Assembly: GCA_963763775.1 (NCBI GenBank)
Contig: CAVXPZ010000003.1
Span: 320,001 to 384,000 of the forward strand
Length of the DNA stretch: 64,000 nucleotides
Source: an uncultured Chloroflexia bacterium
GTDB taxonomy: Bacteria > Chloroflexota > Limnocylindria > Limnocylindrales > CSP1-4
Reading direction: 5' to 3'
A model generated the notes under the pieces. The model was not told the origin of the DNA and did no database searches. It saw only the letters and a list, made by a program, of their open reading frames with translations. Of this stretch, positions 29,307-43,152 are shown piece after piece. The position numbers and the translations under genes were made by a program. How positions within the stretch are numbered: position 1 is the first letter of the stretch; every line of letters starts with the position of its first letter.

Positions 29307-30305
29307 TCAGATCTGCTGGACCAGGGACTTCTTGAAGAAGTCGAAATGCTCGAGTGCGAGGCCGGTCCCGAGCGCCACGCAGTTGAGCGGATTCTCGGCG
29401 ACGTGGCACGGGACCCCGGTCACCTGGGTCAGGAGTCGGTCGATGTTGCGCAGGAGCGCGCCGCCGCCGGACATCACCATGCCCTTGTCGATGATGTCGC
29501 TCGAGAGCTCCGGCGGCGTCTGCTCGAGCACGCTGCGGACCGCGGCGACCAGCTGCTGGAGCGGGGCCTCGATCGCCTCCATCGCCTCGGACGAGGTGAT
29601 CGGGATCGTCCGCGGGAGCCCGGCGATGAGGTCGCGGCCGCGGACCTCCATCGTCATCTCGCGCTCGAGCGGCAGGGCCGTGCCGATCTGGATCTTGACC
29701 TCCTCGGCCGTCCGCTCGCCGATCATCAGGTTGTACTTCTTGCGGACATACGTGGCGATCGCGTCGTCGAAGCGGTTGCCGCCGACGCGCAGGCTGTGCG
29801 ACACGACGATGCCGCCGAGCGCGATGACGGCGATCTCGCTGGTGCCACCGCCGATGTCGATGATCATGTTCCCCGACGGCCCGCTGATCGGGACGTTCGC
29901 GCCGATGGCTGCGGCGAGGGGCTCCTCGATGAGGTACGCCTCCTTGGCACCGGCCTTGAGGGCCGCGTCGCGGACCGCGCGCTTCTCGACGCTGGTCACG
30001 CCCGCGGGCACGCTGATCATCACCTCCGGGCGGTTGAACCCGATCCGGCCCTTCGTCGCCTTGGCGATGAAGAAGCGGAGCATCGCCTCGGTGATGACGT
30101 AGTCGGCGATGACGCCGTCCTTCATCGGGCGGATGGCCTGGATGTTCCCGGGGGTGCGTCCGATCATCTCGCGGGCCTCTTCGCCGACGGCCACGATGCG
30201 GTTGTCGTCCGAGACGGCGACCACGCTGGGCTCGGTGATGACGATGCCCTTGCCCTTCACGTAGACAAGGACGTTCGCCGTCCCGAGGTCGATGCCGATC
30301 TTCAT
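29307..30305 (-). CDS. mreB: Rod shape-determining protein MreB/Mbl
   Basis: [37 protein letters not shown]. Confidence 0.97.
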   Translation of the reverse strand: MKIGIDLGTANVLVYVKGKGIVITEPSVVAVSDDNRIVAVGEEAREMIGRTPGNIQAIRPMKDGVIADYVITEAMLRFFIAKATKGRIGFNRPEVMISVPAGVTSVEKRAVRDAALKAGAKEAYLIEEPLAAAIGANVPISGPSGNMIIDIGGGTSEIAVIALGGIVVSHSLRVGGNRFDDAIATYVRKKYNLMIGERTAEEVKIQIGTALPLEREMTMEVRGRDLIAGLPRTIPITSSEAMEAIEAPLQQLVAAVRSVLEQTPPELSSDIIDKGMVMSGGGALLRNIDRLLTQVTGVPCHVAENPLNCVALGTGLALEHFDFFKKSLVQQI

Positions 30306-30314
30306 GCGCTGTCG

Positions 30315-31646
30315 CTATGTCCCTTCCGCGAGGCGTTCGATCTTGGCTCCCAGTTCCAGGAACTTGCCCTCGATGTTCTCATAGCCCCGGTGAACGTGGT
30401 GTGCACCGTGGATGGTGGAGGTCCCCTCGGCGGCCAGCGCCGCAAGGATGAGTGACGCCCCGGCGCGCAGGTCCCCGATCTCGACCTCGGCGCCGTGCAG
30501 GGCGGCGCGGCCCTGGATGGTCGCGTGCTGCGGGTCGACCTGGGTGGCCTGGACGCCCATCTTGCGCGCCTCGGTGAGCCACTCGAGGCGGTCCTCGAAG
30601 ATCGCCTCGTGGACGCTCGACGTGCCCTGCGCCTGCGTCAGCAGGACACAGGTGGGCGGCTGGAGGTCGGTGGCAAGGCCGGGATACGGTCCGGTCTCGA
30701 TGTCGCTGGCCCGATATCCGCCGGCGCCGAGCGCGGTGCCGTCGACCTCGATGGTGTCGCGGCCGCACGAGACCGCCACACCGACCCGGCCGACGGTCTC
30801 AAGGAACGCCCCGAGGTGGTCGCAGGGCGCTCCCTCGAGCGTGATCCGGCCCCCGGTGATCGCCGCCGCGACGACGAACGTGCCCGCCTCGATGCGGTCG
30901 GGGACCACGCGGTGGTTCGCGCCGCGCAGGCGCTTGCGCCCTTCGACCTCGATGGTGTCCGGCGCGGTCCGCTCGACCGACGCGCCCATCTGCTGGAGGA
31001 ACGCGATGAGGTCGTCGACCTCCGGCTCCTGCGCCGCCGGGCGGATGACGGTGTGCCCGTCCGCGAGCGTCGCGGCGAGCATCGCGTTCTCCGTGCCCAT
31101 CACGGACACGAACGGGAACGTGACCTCGGCGCCGCGCAGCCGCCCTGGCGAGGTCGCGAAGTAGTAGCCGTTGCGGTAGTCGATCTGGGCGCCGAGGGCC
31201 TGCATCGCGTCGACGTGCAGGTTCACCGGCCGCCGCCCGATGCGGTCGCCGCCCGGGTTGCTCATGATCACTCGGCCGAAGCGGGCCAGGAGCGGCCCGA
31301 GCAGGATGAAGCTCGCGCGCATCTTGGCCGCCGCCTCGAGCGGCACGAACAGCCACTCGACGTCGCCCGAGGCGATCTCGTAGACGTTGTCCGACGGGTG
31401 CTCCACGACGACGCCGAGGTCACGCAGCGTGTCGGCCATGACGCGCACGTCCTCGATCTCCGGGACGTTGGTGAATCGGCAGCGCTCGCCGGTGAGGGTC
31501 GCGGCCGCCATGAGCTTCAGGGCGGCGTTCTTCGAGCCGCTGATCGCGACCGAGCCGTGGAGCGGCCGCCCGCCCTCCACGCGGAAGAGCTCTCGAGCGA
31601 CCGGTTCCGGCTTGTACTCCCAGTGGAACGGTCGGGCGTCAGCCAC
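30315..31646 (-). CDS. murA: UDP-GlcNAc 1-carboxyvinyltransferase (Asp at the Cys115 position)
   Basis: SGSKNAAL, MRAS...GPLLARFG, PGGDRIGRRPV, DRIEAGT, TDLQ, DLRAGA. Confidence 0.96.
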   Translation of the reverse strand: MADARPFHWEYKPEPVARELFRVEGGRPLHGSVAISGSKNAALKLMAAATLTGERCRFTNVPEIEDVRVMADTLRDLGVVVEHPSDNVYEIASGDVEWLFVPLEAAAKMRASFILLGPLLARFGRVIMSNPGGDRIGRRPVNLHVDAMQALGAQIDYRNGYYFATSPGRLRGAEVTFPFVSVMGTENAMLAATLADGHTVIRPAAQEPEVDDLIAFLQQMGASVERTAPDTIEVEGRKRLRGANHRVVPDRIEAGTFVVAAAITGGRITLEGAPCDHLGAFLETVGRVGVAVSCGRDTIEVDGTALGAGGYRASDIETGPYPGLATDLQPPTCVLLTQAQGTSSVHEAIFEDRLEWLTEARKMGVQATQVDPQHATIQGRAALHGAEVEIGDLRAGASLILAALAAEGTSTIHGAHHVHRGYENIEGKFLELGAKIERLAEGT

Positions 31647-31654
31647 GGTCGGGC

Positions 31655-32083
31655 CTATCCGCGGTGACGCGGACCCTCGCGGTAGCGGCGCTCGGCGACG
31701 CGGATCCGGAGGAGGGCCTGCTGGAGCGAAGCGCGGGCGGCCGACAGGTCCGCCCCTTCGTGGTAGCCGCTCTCGAGCGCCTGCTCCGCCTCGCGTCGGG
31801 CCTCCTGGGCCTTCTCGAGGTCGATCTCGCTCGCCATGTCGGCGGTCTCCGCCATCACGACGACCTTGTCGGGGCGGACCTGGAGGAAGCCGCCGACGAT
31901 CGCGAACGATTCCTCGGTGCCGCCCTTGCGGATGCGCAGCTCGCCGATCCCGAGCGTCGTCACGAGCGGGGCGTGGTGCGGCAGGACGCCGAGCTCACCC
32001 TCGCTGCCGGGCAGGACGACCGCGTCGACCTGGTCCGAGTAGGCGAGTCGCTCCGGGGTGACGATCTCGAGCTGGATGGCCAT
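31655..32083 (-). CDS. atpC: ATP synthase epsilon
   Basis: LEIVTPER, GELGVLPHHAP, GGFLQV. Confidence 0.97.
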   Translation of the reverse strand: MAIQLEIVTPERLAYSDQVDAVVLPGSEGELGVLPHHAPLVTTLGIGELRIRKGGTEESFAIVGGFLQVRPDKVVVMAETADMASEIDLEKAQEARREAEQALESGYHEGADLSAARASLQQALLRIRVAERRYREGPRHRG

Positions 32084-32086
32084 GGG

Positions 32087-34386
<2,300 letters not shown>

Positions 34387-34419
34387 GGGTGTGCTCAGGC
34401 TCCTTCGGGTACCGGATGC

Positions 34420-35955
34420 CTAGGCGAGGAAGGACTGGCGGAACGAGTCGACGGCTTCGTCGAGGGCCGAGGACAGCTCGTCCGAGAGGGCCTTCGTGTC
34501 GCCAAGCTCGGTGAGGATCTTGGGTCGCTCGGTCTCGAGGAAGCGGTAGAACTGGCTCTCGAACTCCTTGACGCGCGGCGTCGGGACGTCGTCGAGCTTG
34601 CCGGTGGTCGCGACATACAGGATCGCGACCTGCTTCTCGACCGCGAGCGGCACGTACTGCGGCTGCTTCACGATCTCCGAGAGCTTCTCGCCGCGGGTCA
34701 GCTGGTCGCGCGTGGCCTTGTCCAGGTCCGACGCGAACTGCGCGAACGCCGCGAGGGCGCGGTACTGCGCGAGGTCGAGCTTGAGCGGGGCCGCGACCTT
34801 CTTCATCGCCTTGGTCTGCGCGGCGGAACCCACGCGCGACACCGAGATGCCGATGTTGAGCGCCGGCCGCTGGCCCGCGTTGAACAGGTCGGTCTCGAGG
34901 AAGATCTGGCCGTCCGTGATCGAGATCACGTTCGTCGGGATGTAGGCGGACACGTCGCCGGCCTGCGTCTCGATGATCGGCAGCGCCGTCAGCGACCCGC
35001 CGCCGTTGTCGTCGTTCAGGCGAGCGGCACGCTCGAGCAGGCGGCTGTGGAGGTAGAAGACGTCGCCGGGGTACGCCTCGCGTCCGGGCGGGCGGCGCAG
35101 CAGCAGGGCCATCTCGCGATACGCCCACGCGTGCTTGGAGAGGTCGTCATAGACGCACAGGGCGTCCTTGACGAGGCCCTGGCCGGCGACTTCGACGCCG
35201 TTCTCCATGACCTCCTCGCCCATCGTGACGCCCGTGTACGGGGCCAGGTACTGGAGCGGGGCGGGGTCCTCGGCGCCGGCCACGACCACGATCGTGTGGT
35301 CCATCGCGCCGAACTGCTCGAGGACCGCGACGGTGTTCGCGACGGTCGAGAGCTTCTGGCCGATGGCCACGTAGATGCAGACGAGGCCCTTGCCCTTCTG
35401 GTTGATGATCGTGTCGATGGCCAGGGCGGTCTTGCCGGTCTGGCGGTCGCCGATGATCAGCTCACGCTGGCCACGGCCGATCGGGATCAGGGCGTCGATG
35501 GCCTTGATGCCGGTCTGGACCGGCGTGTCCACGGACTTGCGGACGATGACGCCCGGGGCGATGCGCTCGACCGGACGGCTCGCGGTGGACGCGATCGGGC
35601 CCTTGTCGTCGAGCGGGCGGCCCAGCGGGTCCACGACCCGGCCGAGCAGCGCCTGGCCCACGGGGACTTCCACGACGCGGCCGGTGGTCTTGACCGTGTC
35701 GCCTTCCTTGATGCCCGAGGCATCGCCGAGCACGACCGCGCCGACCGTCTCCTCCTCGAGGTTGAGGGCCATGCCCATCACCCCGCCGGGGAACTCGAGC
35801 ATCTCCGAGGAGAGCGCGTCGGACAGCCCGTAGATCTGGGCGATGCCGTCACCGACCTCGACGACGGTGCCGACGGTGCGCGTCTCGACACCCGAGTCGA
35901 ACGAGTCGATGGCGGACTTGATGATGCTGGTGATCTCGTCGGAGCGAATGGCCAT
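34420..35955 (-). CDS. atpA: ATP synthase alpha
   Basis: [24 protein letters not shown]. Confidence 0.99.
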   Translation of the reverse strand: MAIRSDEITSIIKSAIDSFDSGVETRTVGTVVEVGDGIAQIYGLSDALSSEMLEFPGGVMGMALNLEEETVGAVVLGDASGIKEGDTVKTTGRVVEVPVGQALLGRVVDPLGRPLDDKGPIASTASRPVERIAPGVIVRKSVDTPVQTGIKAIDALIPIGRGQRELIIGDRQTGKTALAIDTIINQKGKGLVCIYVAIGQKLSTVANTVAVLEQFGAMDHTIVVVAGAEDPAPLQYLAPYTGVTMGEEVMENGVEVAGQGLVKDALCVYDDLSKHAWAYREMALLLRRPPGREAYPGDVFYLHSRLLERAARLNDDNGGGSLTALPIIETQAGDVSAYIPTNVISITDGQIFLETDLFNAGQRPALNIGISVSRVGSAAQTKAMKKVAAPLKLDLAQYRALAAFAQFASDLDKATRDQLTRGEKLSEIVKQPQYVPLAVEKQVAILYVATTGKLDDVPTPRVKEFESQFYRFLETERPKILTELGDTKALSDELSSALDEAVDSFRQSFLA

Positions 35956-35968
35956 GGGTGTCGATCTC

Positions 35969-36514
35969 CTACAGGGCGCCGGAGGCGAGCTGGTTGCGCA
36001 GGCGCTCGAGGCGGCCTCGGACGCTCCCGTCGATCAGTCGGTCGCCGACCCGTACGACCAGGCCGCCCAGCAGGCTGGGGTCCACCTGGACGTCGAGGTC
36101 GATCGGACCGCCTGTCATCTGCTCGAGCCGACCGGTGAGGGCCCGGAGCTCGTCCGGGTCAAGCGGCGCGGCCGTCGTGGCGGTGGCGATGGTGATGCCC
36201 TGGCGGGCGTTGTCGAGGCGGCGGAACTGTTCGGCGACGCGCGGCAGCTGCTCGATCCGCCCGCGGCGGAGCAGCAGGCCGATGAGGTTCATGGTGGGGG
36301 TCGAGACGTGGCCGTCCAGCGCTCCGTGGAGCGCGGCGAGCCGTGCCTGGAACGGCACCGCCGGGTTCGAGAACGCGTGCCCGACGCCCGGATCCGAGAT
36401 CACGGCCGCGGCCATGTCCAGGTCCGAGCGCCACGTCTCCACGGTGCCATCGCGCTGGGCGACCTCGAAGGCCGCCTCGGCGTAGCGTCGCGGAGCCGTG
36501 TCTCGTCCGGCCAT
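35969..36514 (-). CDS. atpH: ATP synthase delta
   Basis: [26 protein letters not shown]. Confidence 0.95.
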   Translation of the reverse strand: MAGRDTAPRRYAEAAFEVAQRDGTVETWRSDLDMAAAVISDPGVGHAFSNPAVPFQARLAALHGALDGHVSTPTMNLIGLLLRRGRIEQLPRVAEQFRRLDNARQGITIATATTAAPLDPDELRALTGRLEQMTGGPIDLDVQVDPSLLGGLVVRVGDRLIDGSVRGRLERLRNQLASGAL

Positions 36515-37077
36515 CAGTTCCTCGAGTCCCCGGTGGCGGAGCCGGCCAGGAATTCCTCGACCAGGCGGCGCTGGCGCTCGTCGGTCATCGACTCGCCGAC
36601 GACGGCGCCTGCCGCGGCGAGCGCCAGGTCGGCGACCTCCGTCCGCAGGTCCGCGATGGCGCGCTGCTTCTCGGCCTCGATGTCCGCGGCGGCGCGCACG
36701 CGCATCCGCTCGAGCTCCTCGCGCGTCGCGGCGATGTCCGCGTCACGCGATTCCTGGGCGACCTTCTGGGCGCGGTTGATGATGTCGTTCGCCTCTCGGC
36801 GAGCCTCGGTGAGCGTGGCGATCCGCTCGGTCTCCGCGTTCTCGCGGTCGCGCCGGGCCTGCTCGGCGTCCTGCAGCCCGGCCTCGATGCGAGCCCGCCG
36901 GTCCGACAGGATCTTCGAGACCGGCTTGAACGCGAACGTCCAGATGATCGCGAAGAACAGGAGGAAGTTGACCGCGCTGACGATGACCCAGAACAGGTTG
37001 ATCTGGAACTTCGCCTCTTCGGCGGTCAGCCGGACGACGTCGCCTCCGAGGCCGGTCGCAACGGCCAGGAAGTCCAC
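36514..37077 (-). CDS. atpF: ATP synthase subunit b
   Basis: NFLLF TM, KP...RR.RI, coiled coil; operon position. Confidence 0.95.
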   Translation of the reverse strand: MDFLAVATGLGGDVVRLTAEEAKFQINLFWVIVSAVNFLLFFAIIWTFAFKPVSKILSDRRARIEAGLQDAEQARRDRENAETERIATLTEARREANDIINRAQKVAQESRDADIAATREELERMRVRAAADIEAEKQRAIADLRTEVADLALAAAGAVVGESMTDERQRRLVEEFLAGSATGDSRN

Positions 37078-37101
37078 GATATGTACTCCGTGCCGTTCCG
37101 G

Positions 37102-37314
37102 CTACTTGATGAAGATCGCGAGCAGGCCGACGACGACCGCCAGCACGCCGAGGCCTTCGGCGAACGCCGCGAGGATGATCGCGATGCCGCGGATCTGACC
37201 GGCCGCGTCGGGATTGCGCCCGATGGCCGTGGCGGCCAGGCCGCCAAGGATGCCGATGCCGATGCCGGGGCCGAAGACCCCGAGGGCGGCGAGACCGGCG
37301 CCGATGTGCTCCAT
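37102..37314 (-). CDS. atpE: ATP synthase subunit c (70 aa)
   Basis: GPGIGIG, RNP, FAE; lacks the Na+ signature (Q...ES/T), so probably H+-coupled. Confidence 0.95.
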   Translation of the reverse strand: MEHIGAGLAALGVFGPGIGIGILGGLAATAIGRNPDAAGQIRGIAIILAAFAEGLGVLAVVVGLLAIFIK

Positions 37315-37393
37315 ATCGTGACTTCCTCCTACTTCCCGGGCGACTCGCCCGGGACCTGTCGGGACCTGGTGGATGGGCTGCGCGCTCAGGCGC

Positions 37394-38419
37394 TCAGTGC
37401 GCTGGCTGGAGTGCCGGGTCCTGGTTGTGGGTGGCCGCGATCGCCTCCTCGGCGACGTGGCCCTCCTCGTGGTCATGGCTCTCGATGGCGAGGACGATGA
37501 ACATGAGGGTCAGGATGCTGAAGATCAACGCCTGGATGGCGTTGAGCATGATCTCGAGGCCGATGAGGCCGACCGGGATGAACGCGATCGTCAACGCGGT
37601 CATGACCCCGAGGGCCACCTCGCCGCCGTAGATATTGCCGAAGAGTCGCATGGAGAGCGTGACCGGCTTGACGAACTCGAGCATGAGTTCCACCAGGCCG
37701 ACGAAGAGCGCGATGCCCCCGGCCGCGATGCCGTTCTTGAATTCGTAGAGCGGGAAGAACTTGCCGGCGTAGCCCTTGAAGCCGAGCTTCCGGAACCCCT
37801 CGGCCTCGAAGATGATCCACGCCACCAGCGCGAGCCCGAGCGTGATGTTCACGTCGCTCGACGGGGCGCGGAGCTCCTCGATGCGCCCGACCGGCGGGAT
37901 CAGGCCGATCCAGTTGGAGAACAGGATCAGCAGGAAGAATGCGGCGAACAAGGGGACGTAGGGCTTGCCGGCGGGCCCGGCGATGCCGATGCCGAAGTCG
38001 CCGAGCCCCTCGTAGAACGTCTCGAACATGTTCTGGAAGCGACCCGGGACCATCTTGCGGCCGCGGGCCATCAGGATCGAGACGATGAGGATGCCCGCGA
38101 TGACGATCCACTGCGTGAGGATCGTGGAGCTGATGCTCGGGGTGAACGTGACCAGGGCGTCAGCCGGACCGGTCGGACCGAGCACCGTGTGCGGGTTGGG
38201 GAATTCGAGCGTGCCATCGATGAAGCAGGCCGGATAGGCGCAGGCATCGCCCGGGGCGCCGTCCTTCGGGAACGGGGGGAACAGGATGAAGGCGGCGATA
38301 TTGACGACGATCACCGCGCCGATGATGGTGAACCACTTCGCGGACAGGCCTCGCCCACCCTTGGGCTGCGGTGCGGTGGCCTCCGTGACGTCGTCGGTCA
38401 CGATCTGGTCGCTCGACAC
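37394..38419 (-). CDS. atpB: ATP synthase subunit a
   Basis: PGRFQN..E, FSNWIGLIP, KPVTLSMRLFGN, IQALIF. Confidence 0.95.
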   Translation of the reverse strand: MSSDQIVTDDVTEATAPQPKGGRGLSAKWFTIIGAVIVVNIAAFILFPPFPKDGAPGDACAYPACFIDGTLEFPNPHTVLGPTGPADALVTFTPSISSTILTQWIVIAGILIVSILMARGRKMVPGRFQNMFETFYEGLGDFGIGIAGPAGKPYVPLFAAFFLLILFSNWIGLIPPVGRIEELRAPSSDVNITLGLALVAWIIFEAEGFRKLGFKGYAGKFFPLYEFKNGIAAGGIALFVGLVELMLEFVKPVTLSMRLFGNIYGGEVALGVMTALTIAFIPVGLIGLEIMLNAIQALIFSILTLMFIVLAIESHDHEEGHVAEEAIAATHNQDPALQPAH

Positions 38420-38494
38420 GCTTGCTCCACACACAGGAGCGCGGCGTGACGCCGCGCTCGCATCCTCCCTGACCGGTCGTCGTGCACGGACCGG

Positions 38495-38719
38495 CTAATC
38501 GAACGTCTTCAGGAACCGAGTCACCAGTCTGATGATCATCACGGTCCCGGCTGCGGCGCCGAGGAAGAACCCGATGAGCATGAAGACCGGGAACGAGGTT
38601 CCCAGTTGCCCGTCGATCCAGTGGCCACCGAGCGCACCGATCAGCGTCGTCACCAGCAGTGAGATGCCGATCTCCGAGAAGAGGGCGACGTAGGCCCAAC
38701 CCCGGCCGTGCTCGATCAT
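38495..38719 (-). CDS. AtpZ/AtpI (ATPase gene1) family protein
   Basis: G..IG..GGHWIDGQLGT..P.FMLIG two-TM pattern; first gene of the atp operon. Confidence 0.85.
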   Translation of the reverse strand: MIEHGRGWAYVALFSEIGISLLVTTLIGALGGHWIDGQLGTSFPVFMLIGFFLGAAAGTVMIIRLVTRFLKTFD

Positions 38720-38755
38720 GGGCGACCTGACAAGGCGCGGGCATTGTAGCAGCTG

Positions 38756-39435
38756 CGCGCGGCCCGGCGCCCCCGGGTCACTTCAGGACGACGAAGCCGT
38801 CGATGTCGACGCGGCCGTCCCCGACCGGGTCGGACCTGGAGGGTGTGCGGACCCGAGACCGAGAAGTGCCGGGCGAACACGAGCCGGCGGTACGCGGTGC
38901 TCGACGTGTCGAGGTCGACGGTCTTGAGGAGGACGCCGTCGACGAGGATCTGGGCCTTGCCGCTCGAGGTGTAGCGCGACACGATCAGCCCGACGTCGTA
39001 GCCCGTGAACGAGTACGTGGCCGAGCGGGTGTTCGACGTCGCGTAGCGGGTGCTGCCGTTGAGCGCCTTCGTGGTCGACTTCTTGCCCCAGGAACCGACG
39101 TAGACGACGCTGCCGCTCTCCTGCGAGGCGCGGACCGGGGTCAGGGTCGGGCCGTACTTGTAGGAACTGACGTTCCCCTCCTTGTCCGTGGCACGGACGC
39201 GGAACCGATAGTGGTCGTTCGTGGTCAGCACGCGGTCGATCGACTTCGTCGTGGCGTGCGGCAGCGTGACGGTCTTGTAGGTGCCGCCGTTGGTGCTCAC
39301 CTGGAGCTTGTAGCTCGCGACCCCGGAGCCGGCGTCTGTCGCGCCCCAGGCGATGTGCACCTTGGTCGTCGTCGAGCCGACCGTCTGGGCGGGGATGGAC
39401 TCGTTGGGGCCGGTGACCGTGGGGGCGGTGGCGTC
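38756..39435. repeat. Direct repeat copy 1 (~680 bp, C-terminal module plus ~20 bp downstream)
   Basis: Matches 40694..41372 with about 11 substitutions and 1 indel by manual comparison. Confidence 0.9.
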
Positions 39436-40623
39436 GGTCGGCTCGCTCACCGGCGTGACATGCACCGTGACCGTGGCGGTCGAGCCGCCGGTCAGGGTGT
39501 AGTCGAACGTGTCCGTCCCGTTGGCATTCGCGTCCGGCGTGTACGCCACACCTCCGGTCTCGATCGCGACCGTGCCGAGCGTCGGCTGGGTCACATCGGT
39601 GATCCAGAAGGACCCGCCGTCGAGGTTGCTGTCGTTCGCCATCAGCTCGAGATGATGCAGGCCCGAGTCCTCGTCCAACGTGTAGGTGTCGTCGACCGCG
39701 ACGATAGGGTCGACGACCGGCGTGACATCGATCTCGAACGTGACCTGATCGGTCGTGTCGTCCGGAGGCGTGGGGCTCCCGTCGCTCTTCCAGCTCGGAT
39801 TCGACGCCGGTCCGCCGCCATCGTCCTTCGCGACGATGGTGACGTGGGCGTGTCCGGAGGCGTTGGGTGCCGGCGTGAAGGTCAGCGTGCCATCGGGCGA
39901 GATGGACGGCAGGACCGTGAACAGGTCGCTCGGGCCGTTGTAGCCTGCCGGCCCGTCGCGCTCGAAGTGCACGGACTGATAGCCCTCGCTGGGTGGCCCG
40001 GCCGAGATGTCCGTCGCCCACGGTGCGCTGTAGGGTCCGCTGTCCTCATCGACCGTGACCAGCGACGGACCCGGCGTGAACGACGGCGCGTCATTGATCT
40101 CCTCGATCCAGATCCGCATCGTGGCCGGGGCCGAGCAGGTCGACGCATCGCACGCCTCGTACGTGAAGCTGTCCGATACCCAATCGCCGCCCGGGACGTT
40201 GCCTGGGCGAGTGCTGTAGTCCGGGTCCGGTTTGTAGACGGTCCACTCATCGTCGAGCTTCATGACCTGGCCGTGGGCGGGCGGCGTCACGATCTGATAC
40301 GTCAGTGGGTCACCGTCGGCGTCGGTGTCGTTGTAGAGGAGCGAGCAGTGACCCCAGAACGGGAACCACTGGGCCTGATCGCCTGGGAAGATGAGGTTCG
40401 GCTGCTGCGCCCGGTAGTCCTCGGCGATCGGGTAGCTCCCGCCGAAGGCCGTTCCGCCCGACGGCGACGTCCCCTGACAGGCGATCCCTGGGTCGTCCAC
40501 CGCGACCGGGGCTGCGGCGAGCGCGACGCTCGGGAGGAGCGCGGTCATCAGGACGGCGGCGACCACCGCTCTGTGAGGGCCGCGCATCCGGGATCTGGCC
40601 AGAACGCTCGTCGCGTCACGCAT
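38778..40623 (-). CDS. Secreted Ig-like (Big_9/cadherin-like) repeat protein with a basic C-terminal module
   Basis: Signal peptide ending VALA-A; repeats with DTDADGDPLT, NDAPSF..G...TVDEDSG, YTPDANANGTDTFDY. An extra C near 38827 shifts the last codons. Confidence 0.8.
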
Positions 40624-40693
40624 CTCGGGTCCAGCGTACCGAGCGGGGTCAGCCGAGTCGTTAGGCCGAAGGTACCGAGTGATCGGGGTCTCC

Positions 40694-41372
40694 CGCGCGG
40701 CCCGGCGCCCCCGGGTCACTTCAGGACGACGAAGCCGTCGATGTCGACGCGGCCGTCCCCGACGGGTCGGACCTGGAGGGTGTGCGGACCCGAGACCGAG
40801 AAGTGCCGGGCGAACACGAGCCGGCGGTACGCGGTGCTCGTCGTGTCGAGGTCGACGGTCTTGATGAGGACGCCGTCGACGAGGATCTGGGCCTTGCCGC
40901 TCGAGGTGTAGCGCGACACGATCAGCCCGACGTCGTAGCCCGTGAACGAGTACGTGGCCGAGCGGGTGTTCGACGTCGCGTAGCGGGTGCTGCCGTTGAG
41001 CGCCTTCGTGGTCGACTTCTTGCCCCAGGAACCGACGTAGACGACGTTGCCGCTCTCCTGCGAGGCGCGGGCCGGGGTCAGGGTCGGGCCGTACTTGTAG
41101 GAACTGACGTTCCCCTCCTTGTCCGTGGCGCGGACGCGGAACCGATAGTGGTCGTTCGTGGTCAGCACGCGGTCGATCGACTTCGTCGTGGCGTGCGGCA
41201 GCGTGACGGTCTTGTAGGCGCCGCCGTTGGTGCTCACCTGGAGCTTGTAGCTCGCGACCCCGGAGCCGGCGTCCGTGGCGCCCCAGGCGATGTGCACCTT
41301 GGTCGTCGTCGAGCCGACGGTCTGGGCGGGGATGGACTCGTTGGGGCCGGTGACGGTCGGGGCGGTGGCGTC
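40694..41372. repeat. Direct repeat copy 2
   Basis: See copy 1; offset 1937-1938 bp. Confidence 0.9.
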
Positions 41373-43152
41373 CTTGTCGACGGTGATCAGGACGGTCGTC
41401 GAGGCGCTGAAGCCGCCGTTCCCGTCCGTGATCGTGTACTTGAACTTGTCCGGGCCGTGGTAGTTGCCGGTCGGGTCGTAGGTGATGCCCGGTGCCGTTG
41501 CCGGTGATGGTCACCGTGCCGTGGAGCGCGGCCGTCCGGCTCGAGATGATCGAGGTCGTTGCCGTCCGGGTCGAAGTCGTTTCCGAGGACGTCCAGCGCG
41601 ACCGCGTGAGCACCTTCGGGGACGTGGAACTCATCGGGGGCCGCGACGGGCGGGTCGTTGGCGCCGCCGACGTGGACGGTGACGGTCGCCGATGTCCGTG
41701 AGATGGCCGTCGCTGACGGTGTAGGTGAAGGTGTCATCGCCGGAGTAGTTCGGGTTCGGGCCGGTAGTTGAGTCCGGAACCCCCGCCCGTGATCGTGACG
41801 GTGCCGTGCGCACCGTTGGTCTTGGCCGTGATGCTCAGGCTGTCGCCGTCGATGTCGGTGTCGCCCGCCAGGACGAGGAGCGAGTTGGTGACCGAGTCCT
41901 CATCAACCGTGAACTCGTCATCGTCGGCGACCGGCGCGTCGTTCACTGGCGTCACGGTGACGCTGACGCGTGACCGTGTTGCTCGTGCGCGGTGCCGTCG
42001 AACGCGGTGTAGGTGAAGCTGTCCGGGCCGTTGTAGTTCGCAGTCGGGCTCGTAGCGGACCTTGCCGCTCGACACGCTCGCGGTGCCGTGGGCTGGATCG
42101 GACAGGTTGGCGATCGACAAGGTGTCGCCCGGTCGATGTCGTTGTCGTCGGCCAGGACGTTGATGTCGACGGACCCGTCTTCGGCGACCGTCGCCGTGTC
42201 GCCCGAGGCCGTCGGCGGGTCGTTGACCGGGTTGACCGTCACGCTGACCGTCGTCGCCGCGCTCAGGCCCGCCGTGCCCGTCGCTGGCCTTGTAGGTGAA
42301 GCTGTCCGAGCCGTTGTAGTTCGCGGCCGGGATGTAGCGCACCTTGCCGGAGACGATGCTGGTGCTGCCGTGATCCACGCCGGCCAGGCGACGTGATCGT
42401 CATCGGGTCGTTGTCGGGGTCGTTGTCATTCGACAGGACGTCGATGTCGACGGACGAGTCCTCGTTGACCGACGCGCCGTCCGGCGTCGTCACGGGCGCG
42501 CTGTTCGGCGTGACCGTGATCGACACCGTCGCTGGATCGCTGACGCCGCCGTTCCCGTCGTTGACCGTGTAGGTGAGGCTGTCCGGGCCGTTGTAGTGTC
42601 GAGTCGGGCCGGTAGCGGATCTTGCCCGCGACCGGTCGACGCGTTGCCGTGGCTGGGACCCGACATGATGTCGTTGACGACGAGCGTGTCGCCGTCCGGA
42701 TCGCTGTCGTTCGAGAGCACGTCGATGTCGATCAAGCCGTCCTCAGGCACCGTCGCAGAGTCGTCGTCGGCGACCGGGTCCTGGTTGGCGTTCATGACGA
42801 TCACGGGATCGATCGTGACGGTGACCGTCGCGATGTTGCTGTCGCCGTCGTCCTCGTCGACGATCTTGTACTGGAACTCGTCCGTGCCGACGTAGCCCGG
42901 CGTTCGGCGTGTAGGTCAGGACGTCGCCGGCGAACGCGGCGTTGCCGTGGGTCGGGTCAGTGGTGATCGGCCGGCGTCGGCCCCGGTCGCGTCGTAGGTG
43001 TCGCCGGTCCGGTCGACGACGATCGGCGTACCCTCGGTCGTCGTCGCCACGTGGTCCACGACGACCGGCGTGACGGCGAGCACCGGGACCACGAAGGCCA
43101 ACGACGACGGTCATCGCGCACGAGCAGGCCGAGCGTCGATGACGCGCTTCAT
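40716..43152 (-). CDS. Secreted Ig-like tandem-repeat protein (about 6 Big_9-like repeats) with the same C-terminal module; heavily frameshifted
   Basis: Fragments NQDPVADDDSATVPED..IDVLSNDSDPDGD, NSAPV..D..SVNEDSSV, NDAPVADDD..VDED, ANYNGSDSFTY; C-terminus is ORF 40716..41297. Confidence 0.7.

Noticed and set aside
37102-37314. Na+-coupled ATP synthase
   Set aside because: Subunit c has PGIGIG and AEG rather than the Q...ES/T Na+ signature.
38756-41372. 680-bp repeat as IS/LTR or DGR
   Set aside because: In-frame protein module with no terminal inverted repeats, transposase or RT; differences are not adenine-specific.
38716-41634. 972-aa single ORF
   Set aside because: Reads through out-of-frame repeat copy 2 into a separate signal-peptide gene starting at 40623.
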